From the sequence record MN871446.1: 64,000 bases of DNA; one strand, given 5' to 3'. Below are positions 45,753 through 55,742 of the stretch, one piece after another. This stretch comes from Klebsiella phage KpLz-2_45. Numbering within the stretch: the stretch's first letter is position 1; every line of letters starts with the position of its first letter. The notes under the pieces were generated by a model. It was not told where the DNA came from. It saw nothing but the letters and a program-made list of their open reading frames with translations, and made no database searches. A program made the position numbers and the translations under genes.

Positions 45753-46118
45753 CTATTTAACCACTTTCCCGTTGAGGAGATCCACGACAAAAGCGCGTTT
45801 CTTCGTGTCTTCAATGCCAGGGAGTACAACGGCTTGAATAGCTGCTGGCACCGAGCGATAAAGTTCCACGTCAATGTCCTTGGCGTCTTTCCCGACACGA
45901 CTATCGGAATAGCCAATGATCGTGGATTCGATCTCTTTGACAATAACCTCCAAAGGGACCGTTAATGTTTTCCAACGATCTTTCGCACCGTCATAGATAC
46001 GTTGTAGCGTATTCGCTTCGCTACTGTTCAGGTAGAGCAGATCGGTGAAATAGGTCAGGACCTGTTTATTCTGAACAAGGCGATTAAACAACTCGTTGTC
46101 GAAATCTTTGAGGTACAT
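45753..46118 (-). CDS. hypothetical protein
   Basis: 121-aa ORF. Confidence 0.5.
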   Translation of the reverse strand: MYLKDFDNELFNRLVQNKQVLTYFTDLLYLNSSEANTLQRIYDGAKDRWKTLTVPLEVIVKEIESTIIGYSDSRVGKDAKDIDVELYRSVPAAIQAVVLPGIEDTKKRAFVVDLLNGKVVK

Positions 46119-46123
46119 AATCT

Positions 46124-46510
46124 CTATCCTTTATGTTTACCATATATCCGACCGTATTTGTCGGTATGCGTCACAAAATACTGCGTGTTCAGTTGAAGGA
46201 ACGATTCCAGTTGCATTAGCATCCGATCAAAATCATTACTGATAGAAGCAATAGTAATGTTTCTCATCACTCCCTGAGAGTAACGACTAGGTTCGTCAAT
46301 CAACGTGTTGACTTCGCAACGGAGCATGAAGAAGTTCGAACCGTCGGGTTCTGCATTCCCGTCGAGAATATACTCTTTCACACCGTAAGAGGAACGCATA
46401 ATGGCCTGCCAGCCTCTCAACGCTTCTTTAGAACTGATCGGAGTAACATCAATCTCATTGATGCGAACGACGCTCTGTGCGATCTGATTCAATCTTTTGG
46501 TGGTGTCCAC
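46124..46510 (-). CDS. hypothetical protein
   Basis: 128-aa ORF. Confidence 0.5.
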   Translation of the reverse strand: MDTTKRLNQIAQSVVRINEIDVTPISSKEALRGWQAIMRSSYGVKEYILDGNAEPDGSNFFMLRCEVNTLIDEPSRYSQGVMRNITIASISNDFDRMLMQLESFLQLNTQYFVTHTDKYGRIYGKHKG

Positions 46511-46524
46511 TGAAATCCCTTTTG

Positions 46525-47178
46525 TTAGTCTTGTGACTCGTTAGATTCGAACTGAGTGCGTTTAATCGCTAACCAGGCTTCGGCGTGCTCAGGAAACTCC
46601 AGCAGTGTCGAACTGGCGATCCTATCCTCTATTTTCCCACGACCGTCCCACGGCTCGGCGTAGTAGTATTGCGGATGGACATTGGTCAGCGGGTTAATCG
46701 GGAACTCATCCGCGCGCACCAGCCGGGCCGTACTGTAACCCTGCCAGTATTTGAACTGCGGTTTAGGGAAGTGATGAATAGCGTCATTGAAATAAATCGG
46801 GCCATCAATTTCATATCTGATCAACCGGTGGCAACCACGGTGTACGTAATGGTCGTAATAATTCGACCACTTCCAATCGGCCAGGGTATTGGTTAATGGT
46901 CGCGGAGATTGGTTGATCGAGAGTAACTCAATCGCTCTGACAACCTTAGGTGACAGTTCGAGAAGGTTCGCTTTTTCTTGCGCCTGCCTGATAAAATTCA
47001 TCAATGGGAAGCGTGAGTTATTTTCCGAGTAGAAATCGCTTTGTTTTAAGAAAGAGGAGAAACGACTGAGTACTATCGCCGGTAATTTACTGTTGAGAAA
47101 AGGCGTGACTTCGTGAATAAACTGCTTTTCTTTTTCGGTGAGATCTGCACCGTCTAAATGGATTTTGTTTTTATTCAT
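46525..47178 (-). CDS. hypothetical protein (start trimmed to MNKNKIHLDG)
   Basis: The track ORF extends to 47301 and would overlap the upstream gene by 97 nt. The Met at 47178 has SD GGGGGT and removes the overlap. Confidence 0.5.
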   Translation of the reverse strand: MNKNKIHLDGADLTEKEKQFIHEVTPFLNSKLPAIVLSRFSSFLKQSDFYSENNSRFPLMNFIRQAQEKANLLELSPKVVRAIELLSINQSPRPLTNTLADWKWSNYYDHYVHRGCHRLIRYEIDGPIYFNDAIHHFPKPQFKYWQGYSTARLVRADEFPINPLTNVHPQYYYAEPWDGRGKIEDRIASSTLLEFPEHAEAWLAIKRTQFESNESQD

Positions 47179-47204
47179 TTTAACCCCCGTAGATTTACTT
47201 TTAA

Positions 47205-47768
47205 TTAAACGCCATTGAAAAGACCGCGGGTAAAGTCCCGTTCGGCATCCACCGTCGTGAGACCCGACGTACAAAGAACACCCTGTATGAAACCCAACCA
47301 ACGGTGTTTCTTGGAGAGACTCTGTTCCTGGTCATTGCGTAGGGTCTCTAACATCGAGAGTAAATGTAACGCAGAGAAATAACCCTCCCCTAACTTGTCG
47401 GTGTTATCTTCGATCATTTTACGATAACGCCGTAGAATCTCAGGGTAGAATTTTTTTGGAACCAAACCGATATCACCCAAAAGGTTATGAAGATAACAAT
47501 CCCCATTAATGACCGTGTCTTCCTTAACAACCGTCCGCTCGTCTAAAAGAAGTTCTTCAATCTCTTCTTCTGGATGGGCCGTCACCACGATGTCGATAGG
47601 AGTAGGAATACCGTTGCTCCCTGTCCCGTCAATGAGCGTTAAGAACATGAACCCTGCTAACGAAAGGGCTTCTTCCTTCGTTCCCGCATTGCGGTTACAA
47701 TATCGAAGTATTTGTTTAATGTCAGAGAGGAACATCTCTCTGAGTGTTTCAGCGGTATGTTCTGACAC
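47205..47768 (-). CDS. hypothetical protein
   Basis: 187-aa ORF. Confidence 0.5.
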   Translation of the reverse strand: MSEHTAETLREMFLSDIKQILRYCNRNAGTKEEALSLAGFMFLTLIDGTGSNGIPTPIDIVVTAHPEEEIEELLLDERTVVKEDTVINGDCYLHNLLGDIGLVPKKFYPEILRRYRKMIEDNTDKLGEGYFSALHLLSMLETLRNDQEQSLSKKHRWLGFIQGVLCTSGLTTVDAERDFTRGLFNGV

Positions 47769-47769
47769 G

Positions 47770-48051
47770 TTATAACCTCACGAAGAAGAGTGACCAGTTC
47801 ATCATGGTCAGGCCGATGATCAAGTACAGGTAGCACCAGTTGAAAACGTACCTGGATGGGGATTTACGTTGACCTTCTCGTTTCAGGAGAAAAGAGAAAA
47901 TCAATGACAAAACCAGACCACCAAGTAAAAAGCACCCCGCCACTGAAGGCGGGAGGCGTATACCGGTAAAAGTTTTGAACAGAAAACCAACCAGGATCAG
48001 AATGAACAAGAATACGAAGGAAACATTAGTACTGGGTGAAAATCGCTTCAT
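47770..48051 (-). CDS. small membrane protein
   Basis: Two hydrophobic helices in 93 aa. Abuts tdk. Confidence 0.45.
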   Translation of the reverse strand: MKRFSPSTNVSFVFLFILILVGFLFKTFTGIRLPPSVAGCFLLGGLVLSLIFSFLLKREGQRKSPSRYVFNWCYLYLIIGLTMMNWSLFFVRL

Positions 48052-48053
48052 GA

Positions 48054-48644
48054 TTATTCAACGTCCGGATTACGAGGTTGTTGTAATGCCCAATGTTTAG
48101 AACAGACAGAAACATACTGGTCATTACCACCCACGAGTACCTGAGGGCCGACCACTATAACATTACCTTCACCATCCAAACGCAGAACAAATCTGGCTTT
48201 TACCCCGCACCAACAAATTGTTGGTATCTCTTCGAGTTTATCAGCTATGGCTAAAAGAATCGCACTGGCCGGGAAAGTGTTCCGTTGAAAATCTGTCCGC
48301 AGCCCGTAACACAGAACGGTGACGTCGTAAAGGTCAACGAGCGATCGAAGTTCGTAAACGTGGAATGGCTCGAGGAATTGGGCTTCGTCGACCAAAATGA
48401 CTTTAGGGTAATTACGATCCTTGTAAATGTCGTTTAGGAAAGAATCGTTTTTTCCTAGCATGACACAATTACCTTCTAACCCAATACGAGAAACCACTTT
48501 ACCCACTTTATCTCGAGTATCAATCGTCGGTTTGTAGACATGAACCGACATCCCCCTTTCTCGGTAGTTGTACGCAGTTTGCAGTAGATTTGAAGATTTC
48601 GCCGAATTCATGGCACCAAATCGGAAAACTAGTGCTGACATCAA
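48054..48644 (-). CDS. tdk: thymidine kinase
   Basis: Collinear with E. coli Tdk. P-loop FGAMNSAKSS (compare YSAMNAGKST). YNYRERGM (compare YNYQERGM). VSRIGL. VLCYGLRTDF is identical to the Tdk segment. Zinc ligands CWCG...CSKH (compare CFCG...CRKH). Confidence 0.9.
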   Translation of the reverse strand: MMSALVFRFGAMNSAKSSNLLQTAYNYRERGMSVHVYKPTIDTRDKVGKVVSRIGLEGNCVMLGKNDSFLNDIYKDRNYPKVILVDEAQFLEPFHVYELRSLVDLYDVTVLCYGLRTDFQRNTFPASAILLAIADKLEEIPTICWCGVKARFVLRLDGEGNVIVVGPQVLVGGNDQYVSVCSKHWALQQPRNPDVE

Positions 48645-48920
48645 TTACACTCCCGCCGCTACTAAAGTTAATATCACAACCAACCCAGAAATAACGGCGG
48701 CGAAATAATACCACCGCCGCTGATTTTCTTTTTTGTTGTTTTTACCTACGGCATCAACACGCCATACGCAGAAAATCAATGAAAGAATACCTAACCCCAC
48801 TATCGTAAAAACCGCCCATAGACTGGGGTTGAGTTGATGTATTTTTTCGGATAACACCGCGACAGTGAGAATAACGAAAAACATCACAAACGAGAAATAC
48901 GTACTAGGCGCCCAAGTCAT
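48645..48920 (-). CDS. small membrane protein
   Basis: Three hydrophobic segments in 91 aa. Abuts tdk. Confidence 0.45.
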   Translation of the reverse strand: MTWAPSTYFSFVMFFVILTVAVLSEKIHQLNPSLWAVFTIVGLGILSLIFCVWRVDAVGKNNKKENQRRWYYFAAVISGLVVILTLVAAGV

Positions 48921-48934
48921 CTTCTTTCCTTACT

Positions 48935-49543
48935 TTAACCGTAGTAATCTACGCATTCAATGACCCATGCGTGAAACGCAATGGCCGCGCTTTCTGTTTG
49001 AAAGGTAATTTCTTTATCGTCGATGAAAACGGTCGTATCATTTCGTGCGACGAGATTGACAGCTTTCCAGCGCACGTAAACAACCGCGCCGCCGGCGGCA
49101 CCGGTCTCATGATAACTGAAACTGAATTTGTTTTCGTCGGCATTATCTTCAACCTCAGAGAAGAATTTAATGTCTTTTTCTGAGAATGGTTCCGCGTCAT
49201 CACCAATAAAATAACTGGAAGGAGACGGCATAGGTTTAGTATCATCAACGATCCCGTATGACTTCAACCAAAGGTCGGTAATGATATCTTTTGCCAGTGA
49301 CGCGGAACGGTCAGTGGGGAAATGTAAAAAAGCTTCTTTCTCACCTAAAACAAGAGCCACTGCCTGAGACCAAGGTAAATTTACCCCAGTTAATTCGGTG
49401 AAAGAGACAATTTCCAAATTATTTTTTGATCTGAGGGCGATGCCGCCGGTACCAAGATCGTTAAAAAGGCCAAGTAGCGAATTAAGTTCAATATCAGTTA
49501 ATTCCGCATCGTCAGGGAGGTATTTATTGAGGGTGGCGTTCAT
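48935..49543 (-). CDS. hypothetical protein
   Basis: 202-aa ORF. Confidence 0.5.
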   Translation of the reverse strand: MNATLNKYLPDDAELTDIELNSLLGLFNDLGTGGIALRSKNNLEIVSFTELTGVNLPWSQAVALVLGEKEAFLHFPTDRSASLAKDIITDLWLKSYGIVDDTKPMPSPSSYFIGDDAEPFSEKDIKFFSEVEDNADENKFSFSYHETGAAGGAVVYVRWKAVNLVARNDTTVFIDDKEITFQTESAAIAFHAWVIECVDYYG

Positions 49544-49555
49544 ACCGCTAAACTC

Positions 49556-49921
49556 CTATTTTACATTTCGTTTAAACAAGAATATGATAAGTCCAGGGTC
49601 CAACTCTGAAGATCCCTGGTATTCATACTCTGGATCAATCTCTTTCAGTAACTCGCCGATACGTTGACGCAGAAGATTAATTTGGGTTGCCAAGACAAAT
49701 CGATAATTGACTTCGCTGCCACCCCAAATAAAACGATTATTACTTTTAATCTGCACGATCAACCTACCGTTGTCGAGGTCTACTACCACAGTATTATTTA
49801 ATGAAGCAGAATCGACAACCGACCCATTCTGTTTGTGATCAAACAGTTTACGTAAAATATCAAAAATGCGGTCGGATGTTTTTTGATATTCAATTGAACG
49901 TAATAAGGGCGAAGTCGTCAT
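49556..49921 (-). CDS. hypothetical protein
   Basis: 121-aa ORF. Confidence 0.5.
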   Translation of the reverse strand: MTTSPLLRSIEYQKTSDRIFDILRKLFDHKQNGSVVDSASLNNTVVVDLDNGRLIVQIKSNNRFIWGGSEVNYRFVLATQINLLRQRIGELLKEIDPEYEYQGSSELDPGLIIFLFKRNVK

Positions 49922-50292
49922 AGCGCGGCACCCACCGTGTTCTTACGCACAGTGAAAGAAATCCCGGAAGTTTCAATGAGACTTTCCGTCTTATAGTCGT
50001 TTTCCGGTAGGAAGGCGACCAATAAATCTTTCAACGTTTCGACGTCTGCTGCGAGGGTAGTCGGATCATCCGTCCAATACGTTCCGTCAGGGTGAGTGAT
50101 GTTGATACGCAACATATTTGCTGACACTTCGGCGCCGACTTCGTAATGTCCTGCCCATCCGTACATTTGGGTATTTTCATTATTTTCAGCGTAGGCTTTG
50201 TAGACCGCGCTGGCATCGGAAAACTCTCGTTTAAATTCTTCGATTAAATGTTTGGCGATCATCGTGAACTCCCCATTGTTTTTTCTAACCAA
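49918..50292 (-). CDS. hypothetical protein
   Basis: 124-aa ORF with ATGA overlap. Confidence 0.5.
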   Translation of the reverse strand: MVRKNNGEFTMIAKHLIEEFKREFSDASAVYKAYAENNENTQMYGWAGHYEVGAEVSANMLRINITHPDGTYWTDDPTTLAADVETLKDLLVAFLPENDYKTESLIETSGISFTVRKNTVGAAL

Positions 50293-50846
50293 TCAAAGAC
50301 GATCTGATGAGAAAGGTCGTAGATGTTGATGCAAGGGATATCACGATCCCTTGCAATTTTAAAGGCAGACCGAGTACCGCCTTTCGGAAGTCCTTCGGAG
50401 TCCTCTGGCGCACACGCGATCAAAAACGCTGACGGCGATTCAACGTCTTCGCCAAGAATCTGAAAGACATTGCGAATATGGAAACGCTTTTGGCCGTCAG
50501 TTAAACGATCCCAGACCGGGTGAACGGTCGAGATAATAGCCTCTGCTTTCGCAATGCTTTCCGGGCTGTAGTCGTAACGATCGTAGCGATCAGAGACAAA
50601 GACGTTGTCACGCTCGAAGGTTTTCCACGGAAGAAAGATCTGTGGGTCACGAATATAGTCCGCCGCTGAAAGCGAGTTCTCAAAACCCGATTGAAACGCT
50701 TGGTCGGCACCCGGCGCTTTCCCGGAGCGGATTGAGAACCCCTGTTCGCAAAGAAAGAACCCTAACTCTTTACAGAACGAAAAGTGTGCCTGTCCTAAGT
50801 CAGTGGATCCTATCGTTGTCACGTAAGCAAATTCGGTCTTTTCCAT
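50259..50846 (-). CDS. DprA/Smf-like Rossmann-fold (SLOG-type) protein
   Basis: SGKAPGADQAF (compare DprA SGxAxGIDxxAH). FHIRNVFQIL (compare DprA RNRIIAgLS). KGGTRSAFKIARDRDIP (compare GG..TA..A...GR.V). A LOG-family relationship cannot be excluded. Confidence 0.5.
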   Translation of the reverse strand: MEKTEFAYVTTIGSTDLGQAHFSFCKELGFFLCEQGFSIRSGKAPGADQAFQSGFENSLSAADYIRDPQIFLPWKTFERDNVFVSDRYDRYDYSPESIAKAEAIISTVHPVWDRLTDGQKRFHIRNVFQILGEDVESPSAFLIACAPEDSEGLPKGGTRSAFKIARDRDIPCINIYDLSHQIVFDWLEKTMGSSR

Positions 50847-50948
50847 ACTCCCTCCAAATTATTCATCGTCATCGTCATCGCTGTCGTCGTTGCTTTGACC
50901 CAGTAAAACCAAAACCAGTAAATCGAGTAAATCAGACATTGTTTAATC

Positions 50949-51012
50949 ACCTTATTTTTTGTTAATGATGTTAACTGCAATAGGGTGATATAGTTATCAA
51001 ACTAATTGGAAC
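50949..51012 (+). promoter_or_regulatory. partial copy of the conserved plus-side promoter-like box upstream of the tailspike gene
   Basis: TCACCTTATTTTTTG...GGGTGATATAGTTATCAAACTAATTGG aligns with CAATATATACATGAAAAAAATTGG of copy C. CTATG follows about 30 nt before the ATG. Confidence 0.35.
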
Positions 51013-51055
51013 GGTAGTGAAAAGAGAACGGTAATTTTCCTATGACAATAACCCC

Positions 51056-53293
51056 ATGAGAAAGGTAACGGTAATGAGTGACTTCGGGAATAAGATCAGT
51101 GAATTAAACAGTTTGACTAGCGGGAATATGGCAGGAGAGTTACCGCTAAGTCTGACGTTATCTAGCGGTACTTTAGCAACGAATAAGATCACGTTGAGTC
51201 AGGTTCGGGATCTTTTTGATTTTGACCATGCCTTTGAGACAGTGGAGGAAGGGATTGCTGCAACAGTAGAAAACCAACTCTTCTACGTTTATGTCGACAG
51301 TAACAAATTATCGGTTAATGAGTATATCAGAACAAACATCGGTGCAAGTGCGGTTATTGGTAGCAGCGGCACGAAGAAAACCATTTATATCCCTGCGTTA
51401 CTAAAACATATCCAAATCCAAGCGAATCAATTTTCAGATTTAACATCGATCCAACCGTCTTACGAAGGGCAAACGATTTATCTGAAAAGCTACTACGCAA
51501 ATGGGACTACAGGAGCCGGCCACTTTAAGGCGATTCGAAACTCTACTGTTGAGAATGACTTAGGAATTCATGTCCGGTATGATGGGCAATGGGTCTGGCA
51601 GCGTGTTCCGAACAAAGGGTCTTTTTCGGTGTTAGATTTCGGCGCCAAAGGGGACGGGGTTACTGATGATTATTTTGCTTTCCAGGGCGCAACGTTTGGT
51701 GTTTACCAATACGGCGGTGGAACGATAAATGTTCCACCGCCAGTGGTTGCCTATCGCATTACCTTCCCGGTGTTCTTTTTTGCGAATACAGTAATGAAAG
51801 GTCAAGGAATGGCCTCAAAAATTATTTTTGAGAACCCATTACTTTCTGCAAAAGGTCGTGGTGGTTTTGTGATGGGGAGTTCTCGCGAGGCAAACAGAAA
51901 CAAAGGGATGGCAGTTTGGCGAACTGGTTCTGTTACTGGCGGGAACGTGGCTGACAATACCTTCGTTAACCCAGCGCAAAAGCAATATCTTCGCGATAAT
52001 CAGAGCTTAGCGCAATGTAGAAATTGCTCTATTAGCGATTTGTATTTAGTTGCCATTTACACGGGGTCGAATAAAAATGGCGGTTACGGTATCAACTTGA
52101 ATAATGCCATGGATATCGAAATCGATTCTATTTACGGCGACGGTTGGACTGAGTTAGTTAACGTGGGGTCAGATACTATCCCAGAGACGCCATCTTGTTA
52201 TCGCGTCAATATCCGAAACCTTTATTGCTTAACTCCAAATCAGGACAAATCGTTCTATACTCTTTTCTTCGTCGCGAATTCGACAGACGTACACGTCGAT
52301 AACGCCATCCAATATGGGCCTTTAGTAGATGGTACACTAAACGGCTCTGGCGGTGCAACTAACCTTTGTGAAGATGTTTCCTTCACTAACATCAAAATCA
52401 TGAACCTGGGGCGTTCTGCAAGTTCTGAGGGGCTGTTAATCAATAACACGAAAGGTTGTATTGTCCGCGGTTTATTTGTAAACAATGCAAAGAATGGTCT
52501 TAGTACATTTTATTCTGATACGACCTTTAATGACGCTAACAAGCCAAACTTTTTTAGCAATATCGAAGTGACAAATTCAGACAACGGTATTAGTATCGCT
52601 GGGAAATACGGGATCTTCAATGATCTTAAAGTGAGCAATGTTATTTACGACACTTATTTCAGAACATCGAACGCCCAATTCAATGTGCTGAAGTTCAAAC
52701 CCCAGAAACCGTTCTACCGAGAAACCCAGTCTGCATTCGGTTTCTTCCAGAACAATACGATAAAAGGGTATAAGATCGGTTACATTTATGTCACCCCGAC
52801 AGCGTACTTAGTGACCCCGGCAAGTGAACTGACACGGTACGATGGACGTTTCATCGCCACTGGCACTACAGACGTTATTTTACGCATTCCGATACCAACC
52901 CATGTCAATGGAGTTGGCGATGTCAGGGCTTATCTGACATTTAATAAAAACTCATTAGCGGGTAACGCTAACGGTGCAACGAATTTCGCTATGACTTTAC
53001 GTCGACTCCCTTCATGGGACGGTAACATCGGTAACACTTTGTTCACTGAATTGACCAACAGTAAAGTTTCCACTGTTGACAATACAATGAATCCGCAAGA
53101 TACAACTATTGTTTGTCAACCCTCCTCTAACACGGCAAACTCCTCACCGGAGGCGTACACCTTGGGGTATGTCCCTATGCGAGGTTCTGTTAATGGGTTA
53201 GACAATGCGTTGGAGTTACTTGTCACTATGACCAATAACGTGCCAAATAACTACATTAAAGAAATACGTATTTCAGTGTTACTTGACGATTGA
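51056..53293 (+). CDS. tailspike or tail fibre with a right-handed beta-helix (pectate-lyase-like) depolymerase domain
   Basis: 745 aa. VLDFGAKGDGVTDDYFAFQGA is the hallmark N-cap motif of pectate-lyase-3/tailspike beta-helices. Asn/Gly-rich repetitive strands follow. Confidence 0.7.
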   Translation: MRKVTVMSDFGNKISELNSLTSGNMAGELPLSLTLSSGTLATNKITLSQVRDLFDFDHAFETVEEGIAATVENQLFYVYVDSNKLSVNEYIRTNIGASAVIGSSGTKKTIYIPALLKHIQIQANQFSDLTSIQPSYEGQTIYLKSYYANGTTGAGHFKAIRNSTVENDLGIHVRYDGQWVWQRVPNKGSFSVLDFGAKGDGVTDDYFAFQGATFGVYQYGGGTINVPPPVVAYRITFPVFFFANTVMKGQGMASKIIFENPLLSAKGRGGFVMGSSREANRNKGMAVWRTGSVTGGNVADNTFVNPAQKQYLRDNQSLAQCRNCSISDLYLVAIYTGSNKNGGYGINLNNAMDIEIDSIYGDGWTELVNVGSDTIPETPSCYRVNIRNLYCLTPNQDKSFYTLFFVANSTDVHVDNAIQYGPLVDGTLNGSGGATNLCEDVSFTNIKIMNLGRSASSEGLLINNTKGCIVRGLFVNNAKNGLSTFYSDTTFNDANKPNFFSNIEVTNSDNGISIAGKYGIFNDLKVSNVIYDTYFRTSNAQFNVLKFKPQKPFYRETQSAFGFFQNNTIKGYKIGYIYVTPTAYLVTPASELTRYDGRFIATGTTDVILRIPIPTHVNGVGDVRAYLTFNKNSLAGNANGATNFAMTLRRLPSWDGNIGNTLFTELTNSKVSTVDNTMNPQDTTIVCQPSSNTANSSPEAYTLGYVPMRGSVNGLDNALELLVTMTNNVPNNYIKEIRISVLLDD

Positions 53294-53306
53294 CACATCA
53301 GAAATA

Positions 53307-53348
53307 CAGAGAGGAGCCAGACGGCTCCTCTCTGTTTATTTTCTTTTC
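53307..53348 (+). terminator. strong intrinsic terminator
   Basis: 12-bp stem CAGAGAGGAGCC/GGCTCCTCTCTG with AGAC loop, then TTTATTTTCTTTTC. Confidence 0.85.
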
Positions 53349-53596
53349 AGTGCCACAATCACAAGCCCCAATACAGGATCCATTGAATCTGTTCTCACCA
53401 CCCCGTGGCGCGGTAGCTCTAATATCAGTTGTGTAATGCGATGTTTCTCTGCGTCCGATAATGTACTTAGGTCTAATGAGTGAAAGTCTTCCACCAAACG
53501 AAGTTCATCGTCGTTATACGGAAAATCCCATTCTTTCATATCACTCAATTTATTACCTGGAATGTAGGTCACACTGACACGAGTAAATTTAGTCAT
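53336..53596 (-). CDS. hypothetical protein
   Basis: 86-aa ORF with ATGA overlap with the upstream gene. Confidence 0.4.
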   Translation of the reverse strand: MTKFTRVSVTYIPGNKLSDMKEWDFPYNDDELRLVEDFHSLDLSTLSDAEKHRITQLILELPRHGVVRTDSMDPVLGLVIVALKRK

Positions 53597-54045
53597 TGCC
53601 AGGTTACCTCTTTAAACTCAGAGAAGAATTCACGTTCAGGTATTGTTTTTGTTTCCCTTTCAATAGAAACAAAACTCCCAACGATAGACCATTCCACAGG
53701 GAAGTTGTTAGTCATTACTCGATTAAACCCTTGAAAAAGACGACCTTCTTTAATCGAGTAATAATACGCTTTGGGGTCCAAATCTTTTGTTTCTTTTAAC
53801 CGTAAGTTTTTTTCTGGGCTATAGGTTAATTGGTACAAATCATCCGGTATAGCCTTTACTTTCTTCTCCACCAAAGAAAACAAATAATGCAACTTACAAC
53901 CCCCGTCGAAATCTCCGCTGCGTAAGTATAAGAAAATATCTCCAAGTGTATTGTCCTTGATAAAAGTAGCAGGGGTATTGTTTTTACTTTTAAACATACG
54001 CCAGGTTCCTTTAATAAAATGGTGGGTGGTAAAACCACCCACCAT
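53593..54045 (-). CDS. hypothetical protein (start trimmed to MVGGFTTHHF)
   Basis: The track ORF reaches 54108 and overlaps phoH by 59 nt. The Met at 54045 reduces the overlap to 6 nt. Uncertain. Confidence 0.4.
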   Translation of the reverse strand: MVGGFTTHHFIKGTWRMFKSKNNTPATFIKDNTLGDIFLYLRSGDFDGGCKLHYLFSLVEKKVKAIPDDLYQLTYSPEKNLRLKETKDLDPKAYYYSIKEGRLFQGFNRVMTNNFPVEWSIVGSFVSIERETKTIPEREFFSEFKEVTWQ

Positions 54046-54049
54046 AGAT

Positions 54050-54871
54050 TTATTCTGCGTAGATCGCCAACGCAGTTTGACAGATAGGGGAACGCACACA
54101 ATCGTCATCGGTAAAGTTAATCACCGGGATATCTAACTGTTTACGCTCTATCCGTTCAAGTAGGTCTGCTAACCCCGACTTGACGCCTTTAGGAAGATCG
54201 CACTGCTTTAAGTCGCCGTTAATGATGACTGTGGAATTGTCACCAACACGGGTCAGGAAGAGACGCATCTGGTTGACAGTAACGTTCTGGGCTTCGTCAA
54301 GAATAATCACTGCATCGTCAAAGGTTCGTCCGCGCATAAAACTGAATGGTGCAACTTCGATCTTCTCGATCTCAGGACGAAGACAATACTGAAGGAAGCT
54401 TGGCCCCATCCGACGACGGAGAATATCATAGACCGGACGGAAGTAGGGCAGGAACTTCTCGTATTGCGTTCCCGGAAGGAAACCCATCTCTTCTTCCGCT
54501 GTCAACATCGGCCGGGTCACGACAATTTTTTCAACGCTTTTCTCGCTGAGCTGATCGACCGCATAGACTGTGGCCAAAAGCGTTTTACCCGACCCTGCAG
54601 ATCCTGTAGCGACGATCAAATCCCGACTCTGTAATGCATCCATATAGAGACCCTGATTGACGTTACGGGCTTCTATCGGGCTACGATCACGCTTTTCTTT
54701 CTCCATCCCAATATGAGTAACAGGGAAGCTGTTCCCTCTGTTATCAAACTGAAAAAGTTCCGCTGTTTCTTCATTCGATAGCGAGCGTTGCTGATTGAGT
54801 TTACGGCGAGACTCACGACGAACTTCGCGATCCAATTTAGCGTTACTCTTTTGACGTCCCATCGATACCAC
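54050..54871 (-). CDS. phoH: PhoH-like ATPase
   Basis: Walker A ATGSAGSGKTLLA. TRPMLTAEEEMGFLPGTQYEKFLPYFRPVYDIL. IILDEAQNVTVNQMRLFLTRVGDNSTVIINGDLKQCDLP. All three PhoH signature blocks are present. Confidence 0.9.
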   Translation of the reverse strand: MVSMGRQKSNAKLDREVRRESRRKLNQQRSLSNEETAELFQFDNRGNSFPVTHIGMEKEKRDRSPIEARNVNQGLYMDALQSRDLIVATGSAGSGKTLLATVYAVDQLSEKSVEKIVVTRPMLTAEEEMGFLPGTQYEKFLPYFRPVYDILRRRMGPSFLQYCLRPEIEKIEVAPFSFMRGRTFDDAVIILDEAQNVTVNQMRLFLTRVGDNSTVIINGDLKQCDLPKGVKSGLADLLERIERKQLDIPVINFTDDDCVRSPICQTALAIYAE

Positions 54872-54967
54872 CTTAGCAGAGTTTAAAGAGGCTCACCGGA
54901 TAGTGAGCTTTTTCTTGGTATGCAAAATAAACCACAGTTGTACGTTCATAAAAAGTCAACGGAATCT

Positions 54968-55309
54968 TTATTTTCGAATGAGGGGTTTAAATCCCCAACT
55001 GAACCCAGAGAAAATTCGTATCCAGAAGGGCGCTTTTGGTTTATAACGATAAAAGAGTTTGATCCCCGATAACCAGCCATAATAGCGGACCGTTTTAAAC
55101 CAATTGCTTTTTACCTCAGCGAAAATACCCTGTAGCCAGTAATCGATAGTTTCACGATAAGGTTCTAGTTCAGGGTCATTATCGATCAGTCGATTGAGGA
55201 AATCAGTATAAAGGATATTAGGGTCATAGTGTTCCAGTTTGTATTGCTTGTTGAGGACGAGACGGTCCTTATCCTCGATCAAGATTTCAAGAACGTGTTG
55301 TTTCTCCAT
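54968..55309 (-). CDS. hypothetical protein
   Basis: 113-aa ORF, Trp/Tyr-rich. Confidence 0.5.
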   Translation of the reverse strand: MEKQHVLEILIEDKDRLVLNKQYKLEHYDPNILYTDFLNRLIDNDPELEPYRETIDYWLQGIFAEVKSNWFKTVRYYGWLSGIKLFYRYKPKAPFWIRIFSGFSWGFKPLIRK

Positions 55310-55391
55310 CGTTTAAAACCCTCGAGGTGAAAAAAAAAGAAATTACATAGGGATGGTCTGAAGGAGGCGTTTGCCTCCTTCAGTAGATGTT

Positions 55392-55739
55392 TTATCTTAC
55401 CGTTTTAATTTGGGTATACGGGACTTCCATTGTAGAAACGTATTTACCCATACGGTTGTAGAATAACCCTAATACCGCCACCTGCTCGTTGTCATGGTTT
55501 TCTAAGACCAACTGGTAGTCATCGCTGTTACAACTCCATTTATATTGACTACCTTGCTGGCCCATATACTGGCAGCCTATATTAGTCCCGCCAAAAACAC
55601 CGAAAGCCTTGTCGCCAGATACCGTTACACGATTATGACCGCTACGAAAAGTTTCAGTCACCGCCTGTGCAGAGAAGGTAGTGAAAACGGCTAAGAGAAC
55701 TGCCGAACAAATGAGAAAAATCTTTTTCATGTTGAGCAC
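55392..55739 (-). CDS. small secreted protein
   Basis: Signal peptide MKKIFLICSAVLLAVFTTFSAQA|VTE. The Met at 55730 is the likely true start. Confidence 0.5.
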   Translation of the reverse strand: MLNMKKIFLICSAVLLAVFTTFSAQAVTETFRSGHNRVTVSGDKAFGVFGGTNIGCQYMGQQGSQYKWSCNSDDYQLVLENHDNEQVAVLGLFYNRMGKYVSTMEVPYTQIKTVR

Positions 55740-55742
55740 CTT

